DNA of 64,000 nt from Neophaeotheca triangularis (taxonomy: Eukaryota). Below are positions 1 to 13,500 of the stretch, piece after piece. Positions within the stretch are counted from its first letter, which is position 1, and the number at the start of each line of letters is the position of its first letter. The stretch spans positions 62,001 through 126,000 of the forward strand of contig BAAIJX010000048.1 in the NCBI GenBank assembly GCA_054600435.1, written 5' to 3'. The notes beneath the pieces are model-generated. The model saw only the letters and a program-made list of their open reading frames with translations. It was not told the origin of the DNA and did no database searches. Position numbers and translations under genes: made by a program.

Positions 1-72
1 CTTCATTCTTCGTATTATCCGGTGTAACAGTACAGGAAGGGGCGTTTAGGAGTGAGCCCATACGCGATCGCA

Positions 73-1070
73 ATGGCGCCAACGATACCATCCCCTACCC
101 AAGCCATCAAGGCCTCGGCCAAAGATGAGAAGAAGGAAAAGACCTCTGCGCGTCTGCTAGGTGCAGGTAAACATTTATCACTACCTCCCCCGTGTCGTCC
201 CTTACCATGCTCACCCCCAACCTCACAGGCAGCGCCGGTATCGCCGAACTTCTCGTCTTCCATCCCGTCGACACAACCGCCAAACGTCTCATGTCCAACA
301 CGGGCAAGATCACCTCAGCCTCTCAACTTAATAGCGTCATCTTCAAGTCCTCCGCCAACGAAGGCCTCGCCCGCCGCTTCTTCACCCTCTTTCCCGGTCT
401 CGGTTACGCAGCCGCGTACAAAGTGCTTCAGCGCATCTACAAATACGGTGGTCAGCCTTTTGCGCGGGACTTCCTGAGCAAGAACTACGGCGGCACATTC
501 GATAGGACTTTCGGCAAAGGCAATGGCAAGGCCATGATGCATGCTACCGCTGGTAGTTTGATCGGCATCGGCGAGATTGTCCTCCTTCCATTGGACGTCC
601 TCAAGATCAAACGTCAAACAAACCCCGAAGCCTTCCGTGGCCGAGGCGTGCTGCGAATTATTGGCGACGAAGGCTTCGGCCTGTACAGAGGCTGGGGCTG
701 GACAGCTGCACGTAACGCGCCGGGCTCTTTCGCCCTTTTTGGTGGTTCCGCCGCGGCGAAGCAATACCTATACAAATTGCAGGACTACAACAGCGCATCT
801 TGGTCGCAGAACTTTGTCGCCTCGATTGCCGGCTCTTCAGCAAGTTTGATCGTTTCGGCGCCTTTAGACGTGGTCAAGACGAGGATACAGAACAGGAACT
901 TCGAGGCCAAGGAGAGCGGATGGCAAATCATCAAGACCATGGCCAAGGTTGAGGGACCTACGAGCTTCTTCAAGGGTTTGGTGCCGAAGCTGTTGATGAC
1001 TGGCCCCAAGTTGACTTTCTCGTTCTGGTTGGCGCAAACGCTGATCCCTACATTTGACAAGCTTATGTGA
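73..1070 (+). CDS. GGC1: Mitochondrial GTP/GDP carrier (SLC25 family); exons 73-166, 229-1070
   Basis: Intron 167-228 (GTAAAC..GCTCAC..CAG) joins MAPTIP..RLLGA to GSAGIAELLVFHPVDTTAKRLMSN. Three PxDxxKxR-type carrier motifs. LFPGLGYAAAYKVLQRIYKYGGQPF is typical of Ggc1/Yhm1. Confidence 0.93.
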
Positions 1071-1623
1071 GGAGGAGCTTAAATGCTGAGTTTGTATGAT
1101 CTGGGAGTGCCAATAAGGTAGCAAGCAAGCCTAGGAGGAAGCGACTGAGCCTTGGGTCGAGTGGGAGGGGACCATTATGTATATCAAGCGGTTGGTGTTT
1201 TGAGGCGCCAAAGCGGTAGGGGAAGTCGTGGCTCTGCAGGGGATTGGCAACTATGATGAGCTTTGCTGGCTGGATTGATGGATAGGGTTATTTCCTCACT
1301 GCAGCGCTGTCTGAAACTCCTCTCACAGACAATCTAGTCTATATCACATCTAATTGCTTGCTCACGTGACGGCGTGTTTGCGGTTTCTTGGCATTGCTTT
1401 CGACAAGGCATCACCTACGTGCGCGCGTACTTGATCGAATTTATGTTTCAAACATACCTACCTCCCTTACCTTAGCTGCACACTCTTTTCGGGCACGAAG
1501 ACTAGACCATTCCCCTCGCAATCAATGTTGAGCGCTCATATAGTCTTTCTTTTCATTTGAATATATTTTCCCAGCCCGCACATAGTTTCTCTTGTTGTCC
1601 TATTCTAGCCTTTCAGCACGACC

Positions 1624-2854
1624 ATGGCCAATGTAAAGGACGACCCGGGAAACTACTTCCAGACGACCGACTCGATCGCGACGACACAACGCAAAGCGGC
1701 AAAATCCTCCAACAAGCATGGCAGCCCGATCAAGTTGCCATCCAAAATCTTGGCCGTACATCCAGACCCGGACAGCAACAATGCCATCATTATCGCTGAA
1801 GCAGCCGGCGATGTCAAGCGAATTGACCTGGAAGTTTGTCTAACAATGGAGCTTGGCCCAGATCTGCTCAAATACTGATACGGGATGACAGACTGGAAAC
1901 AAAACGACCATCCTCTTCAGCGCCGGCTCCCCCTTGACTAGCCTGGCCATAGACCAGACCGCCAACCTCCTCTTCTCCGGCTGCTGGGACAAAAACACCC
2001 ACTCCGCCGTTCTCGACAAATCTCAACCCGCATTCGCCCCTGGCAAACCGCAAAACTTCCCTTCCCACAACGGCCATACCGACTTTGTCAAATGCCTTCT
2101 AACTACCACTCTCTCGCAAACCCCTCTGCTGATTTCCGGTGGCGCGGACGCTACGATCATCGTCACCGACATCCGTGAGAACAAAATCTTGCACAAACTC
2201 AAAGGCCATACCAAAGCTCTACAGCACTTGGCAATCGATCCCTTGAGCTCAACAGCTGAAAGTGTAGTGCTGTTTTCCGCGAGCTCAGACCGGGAGATCC
2301 GGCGCTGGCATGTCAGTCTAGAGTCTGCTCACCAATTACCGGAGAGTCTGGAGAACCCGATTCTGGCCCACGAGACAAGTGTTTACAAGCTGTACTTTGA
2401 TGGCGAAGGTGATTTGTGGACGGCTTCGGCGGATAAGAGTGCCCGGAGGCTCGTGAGGGAGAGGGGATGGGGAGTCGATACTGTCCTTGAGCACCCGGAT
2501 TTCGTGAGGGATGTTGTTATGGTTGAGAATGCGGGAGTTGTAGTGACCGCTTGTAGGGATGAGGAGGTGAGGGTCTGGGATACGGCGAGTGGGGAATGTA
2601 TGTGCGTCTATTCGGGGCATTTCGAGGAGGTCATGGGGTTGTGTGTTGTAGAGGGTGGGAGAGCGGTGGTGAGTGTGGGGATTGATGGGACGGTCAGGAA
2701 ATGGGGGCTTGGGAAGGCGGATATGGGCAAGTATCTTGACGATCTGGAGAGAGAGAAGAAGGGGCAAGACGAGGAAGAAAAGGAAAAGAAGAAGGAGACT
2801 CAGTTGACCGCCGAGGAGGAAGCGGAGCTTGCTGAGTTGATGGACGAGGATTAG
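1624..2854 (+). CDS. WD40-repeat protein; exons 1624-1833, 1892-2854
   Basis: Intron 1834-1891 (GTTTGT..CTGAT..CAG) joins two ORFs in frame. Several GH..WD-like repeats (GHTDFVKCL, GHTKAL, HPDFVRDV..VRVWD, GHFEEV) and an acidic coiled tail. Confidence 0.88.
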
Positions 2855-4638
2855 GTGGCTGAAAGTGCGGTCATCCCCTCTGCAATGGCCCTGGGCCTTC
2901 GACTGCGTCAATTTAACGAGCAGCATCAGCCTGAACAGAGCTGTCGCACGCAGATAATAGCACTGAATGAAGTCCAACAGCTGCAGCCTGCATGGCCGAG
3001 CTTCCGACTAGACAGCATTTGTTGGATCTGACGGGGAAATGGAAGGCCCGCTTTCTTTGCATGAGAATGCTGAAGTCTCTAATTCTCCAGAGAGAAAGAA
3101 ATGATGCAGCAAAGACCGACATAGTTGTTGTAGATACCTACAGACTAGCCCGAAGAACCGTGCAACAGCTGGCCAGCCACTTGATTAAGCGTTTGCAAGA
3201 AAGGGAAAGCCCAAGTAATTAATTGTGCTGATACCCCAGCAGTTTCCAAGAGTCCATGATAGCTGGTGAATAAACCCCATGCCGCTAAAGACGCTTTGTA
3301 GCTGAGCATGCTACCGGGGTACACGCAACATGCTTTCACAGCAGAAGAGAAGAACAATTCAGGACTCGATACTTAAGTATCCTGTAGCAAGTGTCCCACA
3401 CTTACACAGGAACTGATGAAGCACATATCGCTCGGTATGGCTTGTGATGGACCGCGGTAACATTCTCAGAGTCTGTAGGACATCCAGCAAAGGCTCTATT
3501 GTAACAACAGGAGCGAAAGGTGGCGTCAATACTGCAGGCGAATGATCACCCTTTCCTGTCGCTGCCATCGTGAGGCGCAGAGCGTGGACATTGATCGCGA
3601 ACAAGTCGATGACTAGACAAAACCGGTGGCCGTCCGCTTCCTCGCTGCTTTAGGCTGCTTGAGCGGCTGTGTCTCCTCACGTATACATGTTCGTTCAGCG
3701 TGCCATACTACCATGCAAAAGAACAGACCGATGGCACTGGCTTGCGCCAATGCCTTGCTCTCGTTGAAGACAACGCCGACCTGGTCCGTAGGTCATTCTC
3801 ACACCAGGGAACTCGGCAGCTGCATCAAACATTCTTGTACTGGAGTTCGTCGATGCCGCACAGATGCTGGGGAAAGTCGTTGGAACTGCTAAAATCACGG
3901 AAACAGATAATTCACAGGAGAACAAACGGGTTGGTTGGCAAAGCCTTCTCGATTTATATAAGTAGTTTACAAGCAAGAACAAGAACCCAATGCAAGCAAG
4001 TGAGGAATCCAAAAACTACCCAGGTAGCATCTAAGCGCTTCATCAAAGACGAAGGCCCGTGGGGTCCATGGACTCAGCAAAGAACCACGAGTCATCCGTT
4101 CGAGGTCGTGGCAAGATGTCAAGGGTGTCGAGTCGCTCGCCAGAAATGCAGCCGCAAAAAGGGAAAATCCAGAAGTCGATCGACGCAAGTGCGGGCCAGC
4201 TTTTGTTCTAGTCTGCAAGAGAAATAGAATAGTGGTCGCTTGTGTGGTGTCCTTCGGTGACGACGCCGTTGATAATGCAAGTCCGACGTTGTGGTCGCAA
4301 TGTGCAAAGTACAAAGAAAAAAGTAGCAAAGCTCCGGGTGCCGGTCGCTCAAGTGGGCGACTATGGGAGCGCCAGACTGGAGGCCAAGAAGTGCAAAGAG
4401 CGGAAGTGCTTTGAGCCGGATGGATCTAGTGTGACAAAAGTTCGGCCGTTGGAAAAGATCAAGTCATAGCTCGTGCTGCTGCGGAGCAAGCACAAGGCTG
4501 GTTGAGAGCATGTTCTCTGATTGGATCAAGAAGCATGCTGATCGCAGTAGCCAGTATGCAAGGAGGCAAGTCGTACTGTTACAGAAATTGCTCGTTGTCG
4601 TAAGAGTCGTCTGCACGTGCCGTATTCTTACAAAAAGC

Positions 4639-7600
4639 TTAAAGTTGACCGTAACCCGCTTGAGCCTGACGTTCGGGGGAAAAGACGGGACCGCCAAAGC
4701 CATGGTTCTGGTAGTTCGCCGCGCCGTTCAGCATTGCGTAGGTGGGATTGTTACGCTGTGGAGTGGGAGCCGCAAGAGCTTCGGGCTGCTGCTGCTGACG
4801 GTCATGGTTGTAGGGCGGACCGAAACCCATGCTATTGGTGTTGAATGCGCCAGTAGCAGTGTTCACGCCATTCCAATTGGGTGGGCTCCCGATGAAGCCT
4901 TGACGGTTGGCGCGGCCATTAGGGGTGTGGTGGTTGGAGAATTGAGCATTGCCAGGCGAGGCACCAGCGACTGGAGTGATGATGCCAGATGTTTGACCAG
5001 AGCCAGCATTTTGCCCGTCGTACTCCTGGATCTTGCTTTGAATGCGACGTCCGTACGGAGTGTGTCGGATCGATGGGACGATGGGACGAAGACTTTCGAT
5101 CAAGGCGGCCTTGATGTCAGCCTCGGCAAAGTCAATGGCAGTCTGCACGACATAGTTGGCGAACGAGTCACGCAACATCTTTTCGATCTCGCCAGGTGGC
5201 ACAATCTCCTGGATGAGCATGCGCTTGGTCCCGTCCTTCGCACAGCGGATGCATTTCTCGATGACGTTGGAGCTGAACTTCTGCTTCGACAAGAACACGA
5301 CGTTGTGGGCGAAGCTCTTACAGAGTGGCTCCGTGAACTCGGGCTCATCCAGGTCGAGGATGTACTGAACAACGTAGTTGCCAAACGGATCTTGAACCAG
5401 CTTGAAGGCGTTTGCTGTGATGGCTTGAATGAGGCCAGCTTTCTGATCACCCGAAGCATGGTCGATGCAGCGTTGAAGGACACAGCAACCGTGACGATGA
5501 GTGCCGACCTCGACACAGTTCTTAGCCGTGGCGTCGAAGATGAATTGAGCGTCAGGTGGAGCGAGATGGTTGAGGCACTTTTGGACGACATGGTTGCCGT
5601 TGAGGTCCTGAATCAACTGCACGACATCATTGCGAAGAGCCTCAATAATCATTCTTGTCTGCTGTGGAGTCGATACGAACTCGATCATCTTTTGCAGAGC
5701 GCGAGTACCGTGCTGGTTGAGGGCGATGCTCGTCATAGCAGGCATGGAGTTCTGGATGAGGACGGTACGTTGGTCGTCGTTGGTGTTCTCCAAGAGCTTC
5801 TGGCAGAGATAGTTGCCGAACGGATCGATCATCAACTCGGTGACATGGTTCTTGACCTCCTCGAAGATCTGTTGGATATGGTGCGGGTCGCGTTCCTCGA
5901 GCTTCTTTTGGAGGAAACGGCAGCCGTGTTGATCCTTGCACAGCTCATAGATTTGGCCGTGCAGCTCATTCATGGTGACGTTGGCGAAGCGTGAGTTTGC
6001 ATCCTCATTTTGGCCGCGACGTTGCTGGTTCACGCTGCGCTGGTTGTCCCCAAAACGACCGGCACCACCCGCAGCTTGGCCACGCTGCTGCTGACCTTGC
6101 TGGTATGCACCAAAGCCATTTTGCTGGGTCTGCTGTGTCTGCTGCTGGTACATGTTCATCGCTCCTGGCCACTGCCCTGCTCCTGGGAACCCAGCACCGT
6201 TGATATTCACGTTGCCGAAGCCGTTGTTCAGCATGGGCATCGCGTAAGGAGGATAGAACGGCGGCTGCTGGTAGGGCCCTTGAGGGAAGGGAGGCATCAT
6301 TGATGGGTTGTTGTTGCCTTCGGCGAACGAAAAGGGAGCAGCGCTAGCCTGGAGACCCGACTGTTGAGGAACGAAGCCGTTCTGGTCTTCTGCAGACACT
6401 GACGTGGCGTTTGTGAATTCTTGAGCTTGACGACCGTCGTTGCTGAAGATGGTGCCTTGCTTGGTTGAGTTTGAAGAGTCGCTGTTGTGATGGAGTGAAG
6501 CATCGGTCGAGTGAGCACTGTGGTGGTTCGGTGGAGATTGCACGTTTGCGCCGTTTGCGCCGTTAGCGTTGCCGTTGATACTCTTCAGGGTTGGAATGTC
6601 GTTTGTTGAGTAGGACGGATGCGTCTTGGGCACACCGTTTGAAGATCCACGAGGCGGTGAGGTCAAGCCGGGGCGATTGGCGTCTGCAGCGAAGCGAACC
6701 TCCATCGATCGACGGTTACCTGCAGCTGGCTTGCTTTCAGTACCGGCGAGAACGCTGTCAAGCTGAGACATGTTGTTATTGGCGAAAGCGCTTGGTGGCA
6801 AAGAGATACGGTGACGCCTCATAGCGCTATCGGTCGCCTGCTGCTCTGGTTCTGCGGAGTGCGAGGCCAGGTCGAGAGCTTGGGACGCAACAGTGAAGGG
6901 TACTTCGGTATTGTCCTCACGGCGGATAAGCTTGGGGAAGCCGTCGGCAGTGTGCTTCAGCTGAAGGTAGGTCTTTGAATCTGGCGAAGTTGTCGTAGAC
7001 TTGGAGGTGGTTGGTCGGTCGTTGTCGCCTCCGAATAGGAAGCTGGAAGTGTTGACGGGCCCGAGGATGGACGAAAGGTCTGGGGCCTCACCCCTTCTCT
7101 TGTCGTAACTAGACACAGGCATGGAGTTGCGGTTTGGGCTGAAGTTTTGTTGATTAGCAGTCGATATAAGAACACGGTCGAAGAAGAGCGAGGGCAGGTT
7201 GAAGAAGAGCGAAGGCAGGCTGCTTGAATATAGCAGAGAAGCATAGAGCACGTGGCTGAGAGTCACGAGCAAGGCAACATAACGTCACCATCTGCAGCTA
7301 AGAGATTGCAGGCTCCTCTGAAGTAGAATGTGAATCCTACAATTGCGGCTAAGGCTGGTGTAGACTGGTGTTTGGCTTTATAGTGAAGGAAGGGGTGCTA
7401 AGACTCACTTTGCCGCCGCCCTGTGAATGGCGGTATCGTACTTGAATAGAAAATCGTCCTCCTCTTCTTCGTCATCAGACTGGCGACGGGATCCTGGCAC
7501 AGACTGAGATGGGAGCTGGGTAACGTTGCTCAGACTATAAGGCCGGTTGCATGTGACAGGTGGAGAGGTCCACTGGGTGCTGGAGCGATTGGTCCGAGAA

Positions 7601-8670
7601 TGAATGCTTGGTGGCGACATCATGCTGGCGGAAGAATACCGGTTGGGACGTGTATTGAAGCTGGAGAAGCCCTCGCTGTATTCTGGAGGCGTAGTCGGCT
7701 CACTTTGAGCGATCATTTGCGATACAGCTGCTTCGTGAAGCCGTCCTTGATCAACTTCACGCCGCGTTTCGGGATCGATGGCGTCTAGCTGCTCTTGTAT
7801 CCGCCTTTGCTGAGCGAGCAATTGTTCGTACTGGCGTGCTTTGATCTCAGACTGTATTTGTGAATCAGTCTCAAGGCCTGTGGAAGAGAGAATATTGTGA
7901 CAAAGCCAAGGTTGCAAAGTTTCGAGGTCGTGCTTCGCTTGAAGCAGAAACTGAGCTCTGGCGCTAGACCACTTCTGGTAGCGGCAGCAACCTGCAGAGT
8001 GTTGACAGGGCAACCACTCGCTTTGCAGTCACAATCTCGTTGCTGTGTAATACAACAAGACGTGTTTTCAAAGGGGATTTTATCAAGAGCTTACCGGCGC
8101 AATCCTGCTATATGCATTCGACTGGCAGAAGAGTTAGCCTATGATACCCTCACCAACTTCTGCCCTGGCCTGGCCTCCACGGGCATGTGACTTGTAACCC
8201 TGACTCTTCTTCCTACAGCTTCATGGGTCACGGCACTCGCACTTGCAAAGAAAGCTCATGGTTCCCTTCCCTGTGGCCATCCCTATCTCCATATCCCGTC
8301 CTGGGCCGTCTTCCTCCTCCTTCGAACTTCTGCTCTCCATCTCGCTTCCAAAGCCGCGCCAATGCTACGCTGCCACTCCCACCGGTGAACGACAAGCCGG
8401 ACTCGAAAGACTTACCGGCATAGTTTCACCCGCAGCCTGTCGCCGTTGCTGTCCGATGGGAGAGAGTGTCGGGAGCTCGTTGGTAGTGAATCTCCTATGA
8501 AGTCCAGCTCTTGTCTGAGAAGCGTTGTTCGCGCTACTACTCATCATGCCACCACTCAATCGGTTCTGGTTGCGTTGGGGGCTCAGCGGGTTGGGGTTGC
8601 CAAAGGAAGGGAAGGGCGCTTCGTCGCGTGGCGACTGGGGTGCTGCCCGTAGGCTGTTGAAGAAAGACAT
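4639..8670 (-). CDS. PUF4: Pumilio/PUF RNA-binding protein, Puf4/Mpt5 type; exons 8670-8416, 8121-8095, 7851-7409, 7138-4639 (~1074 aa)
   Basis: Eight PUF repeats with recognition triplets CRQ, NYQ, TRQ, NHQ, CCQ, NYQ, SNE, NYQ, the Puf4-like pattern. Donors GTAAGT/GTAAGC/GTGAGT with branch point and CAG acceptors give an uninterrupted frame. Confidence 0.88.
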
Positions 8671-10390
8671 GCTGAGCTATTTGGGCTATCTGATGTACTG
8701 GTCAGTGCCCGGATGGTCGTGTTCGTCCAGAGGTGATGTTGGCCTACCCTGCTTGTGCTCGGGATCTCGGGGGTGCCAGTCCCGGACTTGAGCCAGGCCG
8801 GAGGGAGGATAAGATGTGACAGAAGGTCTAGCAAGCAAAACAGGATGGAGAGACAGTCATGAGAGAGTCGCAACACAGCACAGTATGCGAAAAGGGCGCG
8901 GGGTTGGTGGTGGATATGTAAGGTGGGCAGGGTGATGGTGGTCAATCGATCGGTCAGAGCAGGAGGCGCCAAGCCGCGAACGTCCCTTTGACGATGTTGC
9001 TAGCGAGACTGCAAGAACCTGAAGACGAACGGCTCCTCACGACTAGCTAGCAGACAAAGTAGTTACGAATAATGCGACTCGAACAGCTCCAGAGCAGAGT
9101 CAGTCGGTGGGCACCGCCGGCAGAATCGAGGGGGGGTTCGCCGGGGCCAGAAGAATACTACGGGGCGGGCGTGTAGAAAAGCAGAGAGAAGAGACGAGCT
9201 TCAGCAGGGTTCCACAATCCATCCATCCAGGCGCCTATCGCACCTATCTGCTGGTGCGGCCTACAAGGACTCAGTTGAGCTAGTCTACTGCAAAGAACAC
9301 TCTTAGCGACACCTTGCAAGGCTCCAGGCGTCGAGCATCGACCGTAACTTAGGATGTGTTTGGATACCTTACATTCATGGATTCAATGGAACAGGGTACA
9401 CGCTATATCTCCGCCTGCTCGGTAAAGGGACGGCAAGTAGAAAGTCTACCCTTCACCCCCGGGCGCTTTGTGTGTAGAGACTCTCTCTCGAGAAATGTGG
9501 GGTGACGAAGACGTGCAGACTCTAGATTCGGGGTCCGCCGCAAACCGCAACACGATCTATCTAGGTAATTGAATGTATAGCAGCAATATTATTATTATTA
9601 TTAGTTGGGTTTCGACTATCGTTTCTTCTACGGTAAAGGTCTAATTACATTTCTTGACACTCTGCTGAACAACCAATAATCAGGCAATCAGGACACTTGT
9701 AAGCGGAGGCAAAGTCCCATGTCACATTGTCAGCGACGACGCTGCGTTTCCGCAGAGGCAGCGCTAAACGCGGTCGGTGATTGGGCATCAACAACGACGT
9801 CGATGTACTAGTAGTAGTAGTGTTCCCTCGCGATGTGACGATTGTAGGAGGTAGGCTAGGCTAGAAGGAAGAGGGCCCAGTCCCAACCAACGGACATGGG
9901 CATTTGACGCAAGCCGTGGCCCGTGGCCCACAGTAGAGCCGGCGTCAGCGCGTGTTTCCTTTTCCATGAGGGAGCGGTGAATGAGAGACGGGAACCTTTC
10001 CCCAGTAGTTGGCGGTGCCTGGCTCGTGGCGTTCTTTGGAAAGCTTCAAAGTTCATGCAGGGTTAATTGCGCAAATAATGACTTTATTTGCAGGGGGGAG
10101 GGTAGAAACAAAACGCTACCTACCTAGGCTCACTAGGTACAGTACATACTTACCTCCAGCTACCTTACTAGTCGGTGTGGTCGTTGAAGTGTACCTAAGT
10201 GGTACCTACCACTTAACCTACAATTGAGGTAGTAGTATGTAGTAAGTATCTAGGCACCCCTAGGTATGCATACATAAGTAACATAACCTATCCATGGATC
10301 GAGTGCTGGAATATTGCAGCCTCAGGCAGGATCAATGCCAAGCCATCCGATCCCGATTCCGAGAACCGAAACTTGCTACCTACCTGGTAC

Positions 10391-10405
10391 CACGTGAAGC
10401 ACGTG
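10391..10405. promoter_or_regulatory. Twin CACGTG E-boxes upstream of RPC2
   Basis: CACGTGaagCACGTG about 120 bp before the ATG. bHLH (Cbf1/Pho4-like) consensus; function inferred only. Confidence 0.3.
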
Positions 10406-10524
10406 CTGGCACCTACCTAGTTAACAGCAGCGTGACTTAGTAATGAGATCGGACCAGGCAAAATTAACAACGACCTCACTTCACTTTGAACGCAGACCCA
10501 AGTCCAACAACGACTATCGCCATC

Positions 10525-13500
10525 ATGGCGCCCAAGGCGAAAAACCCTGGTCCTGTTGAAGTGGCGCCAGAGTCTGCACAGGTGAGTCTCTCTCTGATGT
10601 CGACGAGTCCTCCGGGCAAAAAAATTGGAAGATCAATTTACTAACAATACCGCAGAAAACATCCAAGAAATCCACAGGTTCCAAGCCAAAATCAAAGACC
10701 AGCGCAGCGAGTAGTCATGACGCTGGCAAGCAGTCTTCGAAGAATCGGGCCAACGTCGTACCGGATGACATGGACGCCCTGATCAAGCCTTTCTACTACA
10801 CAAAAAGTCTTACTGATCCCATCAGCACCGCCGAGGATAAATGGAACCTTTTGCCGGCCTTCTTGCGAGTCAAAGGTCTCATCAAGCAGCACACGGACTC
10901 ATACGACTACTTCACAAGCTGCGAGATCAAGAACATCGTCAAAGCCAACCAGCTTGTTATCAGCGAGTCGGACCCCAAGAAATACATTCTCTTTACGGAC
11001 GTCAGGGTTGGAGCGCCATGCAGAGTTGGTGAAGAAAGGGGTGGGTACCGCGAATCCGACGTGACTCCCAACGAGTGCCGGCTGCGTGACATGACCTACG
11101 GGGCCCCCATCTATGTCGACTACGTCTACCCAAAGTCCACTGGAAAGTCCATCAAGAAGAATGTGCCGATTGGACGTGTACCAATGATGCTGCGGAGTTC
11201 TCAATGCGTCTTGTTCAACAAAAACGAGGCGCAGCAGTCTCTGCTTGGCGAATGCTCTGTCGATCCAGGAGGATACTTCATCGTCAGGGGACAGGAAAAG
11301 GTTATTCTTGTGCAAGAGCAGATGAGCAAGAACCGAATTCTCGTCGAGAGCTTCAAAGGCATCACCCAGGCTTCCGTCACCAGTCACACCCACAACGTCA
11401 AAACCAAAACCTACGTCACCCTTAAGAAAGGCAACCTTTACCTCAAGCACAACTCTTTCAATGACGACATACCCATTGCCATTGCCTTGCGTGCCATGGG
11501 CATTCAGTCCGATCAGGAAATCACACTTTTGGTGGCCGGTAGAGACGAGAGGTACATGGATCTCTTCGCTCCAAGCGTAGAAGAAGCTCTGCTACAAAAC
11601 GTGGCGACGCAGGAGCAAGCACTTGATTACATTGCCGCACGCGTAAGACCAGATCGCTTCGGAGGTAACTACAAGCGCCCTGAGAAGAGTCCAAAACAGC
11701 AAGCAATGGACAAGCTGGCCAACACGATCATCCCTCACGTCTATGTTAAGGACATGGACCTCCGACCAAAGGCTTTGTACATTGCTTTCATGACGAGGAG
11801 AGTCCTCATGGTCATGCACGATCCCAAGCTTGAAGACCAAAGAGATTACGTGGGCAACAAACGCCTGGAGCTTGCTGGGCAGATGTTGGCTATTCTCTTC
11901 GAAGATCTTTTCAAGGACTTCACACGAAGCATCAAGCTATCAATGGACAAGAACTTGAAGAAGCACAAGCCGACAAGAGAGTTCGACCCAGAAGAGTTCA
12001 TCCGTGGAGCTGACAGTCGCATTACGCAAGGCATGGAGCGGGCGATTTCGACTGGCAACTGGACACTCAAGCGGTTCCGCATGGACCGAGCCGGTGTAAC
12101 ACACGTTCTCAGCCGTCTCAGCTACATCAGCGCTTTGGGTATGATGACTCGTATTGCCAGTCAGTTCGAAAAGACAAGAAAGGTTTCAGGTCCCCGTGCT
12201 TTACAGCCGTCGCAATTCGGCATGCTTTGTACATCAGACACACCAGAGGGTGAGGCCTGCGGTCTCATAAAGAACTTGGCACTTATGACGCACATCACCA
12301 CCGCGGACGAGGAGGAACCAATTCGCAAAGCAATCTTCCTGCTCGGCGCTGAAGACGTCCGATCGGTCACGGGTTATGAGATGTATCTGCAAGGAGATTA
12401 TATCATCTTCCTCGACGGTACTCCCATTGCTTGCACCCGGGAGCCAAAGCAATTTCTACTTCGCTTCCGTAATTTCAGGCGCATGGGCAGGATTTCGGAG
12501 TTTGTCAGCATCCACATCAACCATCAATACTGTGGAGTGCACATCGCTGTCGACGAAGGCAGGGTTTGTAGGCCACTGATAGTGGTTGAAAACCAGAAGC
12601 CCAAGGTTACAGTTCGCTTCCTCGAGAGCTTGCGCAAAGGTACCATGGCTTTTGACGATGCTCTCTCTCGGGGAATCGTGGAGTACTTGGATGTCAACGA
12701 GGAGAACGACTCTAATATTGCCGTTTACGAGTCTCAAATCAACGCTCACACTACGCATCTCGAAATCGAGCCGTTCACGATCCTGGGTGCTGTGGCTGGC
12801 TTGATTCCGTACCCTCACCACAACCAATCGCCTCGCAACACCTACCAGTGTGCAATGGGTAAACAAGCCATTGGCGCGATCGCCTACAATCAATTTGAAC
12901 GCATCGACACCTTGCTGTACCTCATGGTCTACCCCCAGAAGCCTCTTGTCTCTTCACGAACGATTGAGCTCATCAAATACGATAAGTTGCCTGCTGGACA
13001 AAATGCCGTTGTCGCAGTCATGTCGTACTCCGGTTACGATATTGAAGACGCGCTTGTGGTGAACAAGGGCTCGATCGACCGCGGATTCGGCCGCTGTCAG
13101 GTTTTCAAGAAGATCAGCACCCAGCTCAAGAACTATGGCAATGGTGCAGCAGATCGTCTTGGAGCTCCCGAGAAGGGCAACATCCGCCACAGGAACATTG
13201 ACGAGGATGGCATCATCGCAGTCGGCGCAGAGATGGAGAACTCGGATACCTACCTACTTCATCAAAGACCGACAAACACGAGCACCAACACTTCTGCCTC
13301 GGCGCAAAGCTTTGCACCCGCTTTCCAATCGTACAAGAGTTCGGATCCGGCCTACGCTGACAAGGTCATGGTTACGACGAACGAACAGGAAACCACCACC
13401 ATCAAGATCCTAACACGACAGACTCGCCGTCCAGAAATTGGAGACAAGTTCTCATCTCGCCACGGTCAAAAGGGTGTCGTTGGTATCATCGCCGAGCAAG

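Noticed and set aside
2900..4470. Short ORFs between the WD40 and PUF genes as a gene or transposon relic
   Set aside because: No motifs, terminal repeats or consistent splice model; part is probably the PUF 3' UTR.
4510..5994. 494-aa + strand ORF
   Set aside because: Antisense shadow of the PUF domain exon, explained by codon bias on the coding strand; no recognisable domain.
10146..10155. ATACTTACCT resembling the U1 snRNA 5' end
   Set aside because: No following U1 stem-loops or Sm site; it lies in a TACCT-rich island where it arises by chance.
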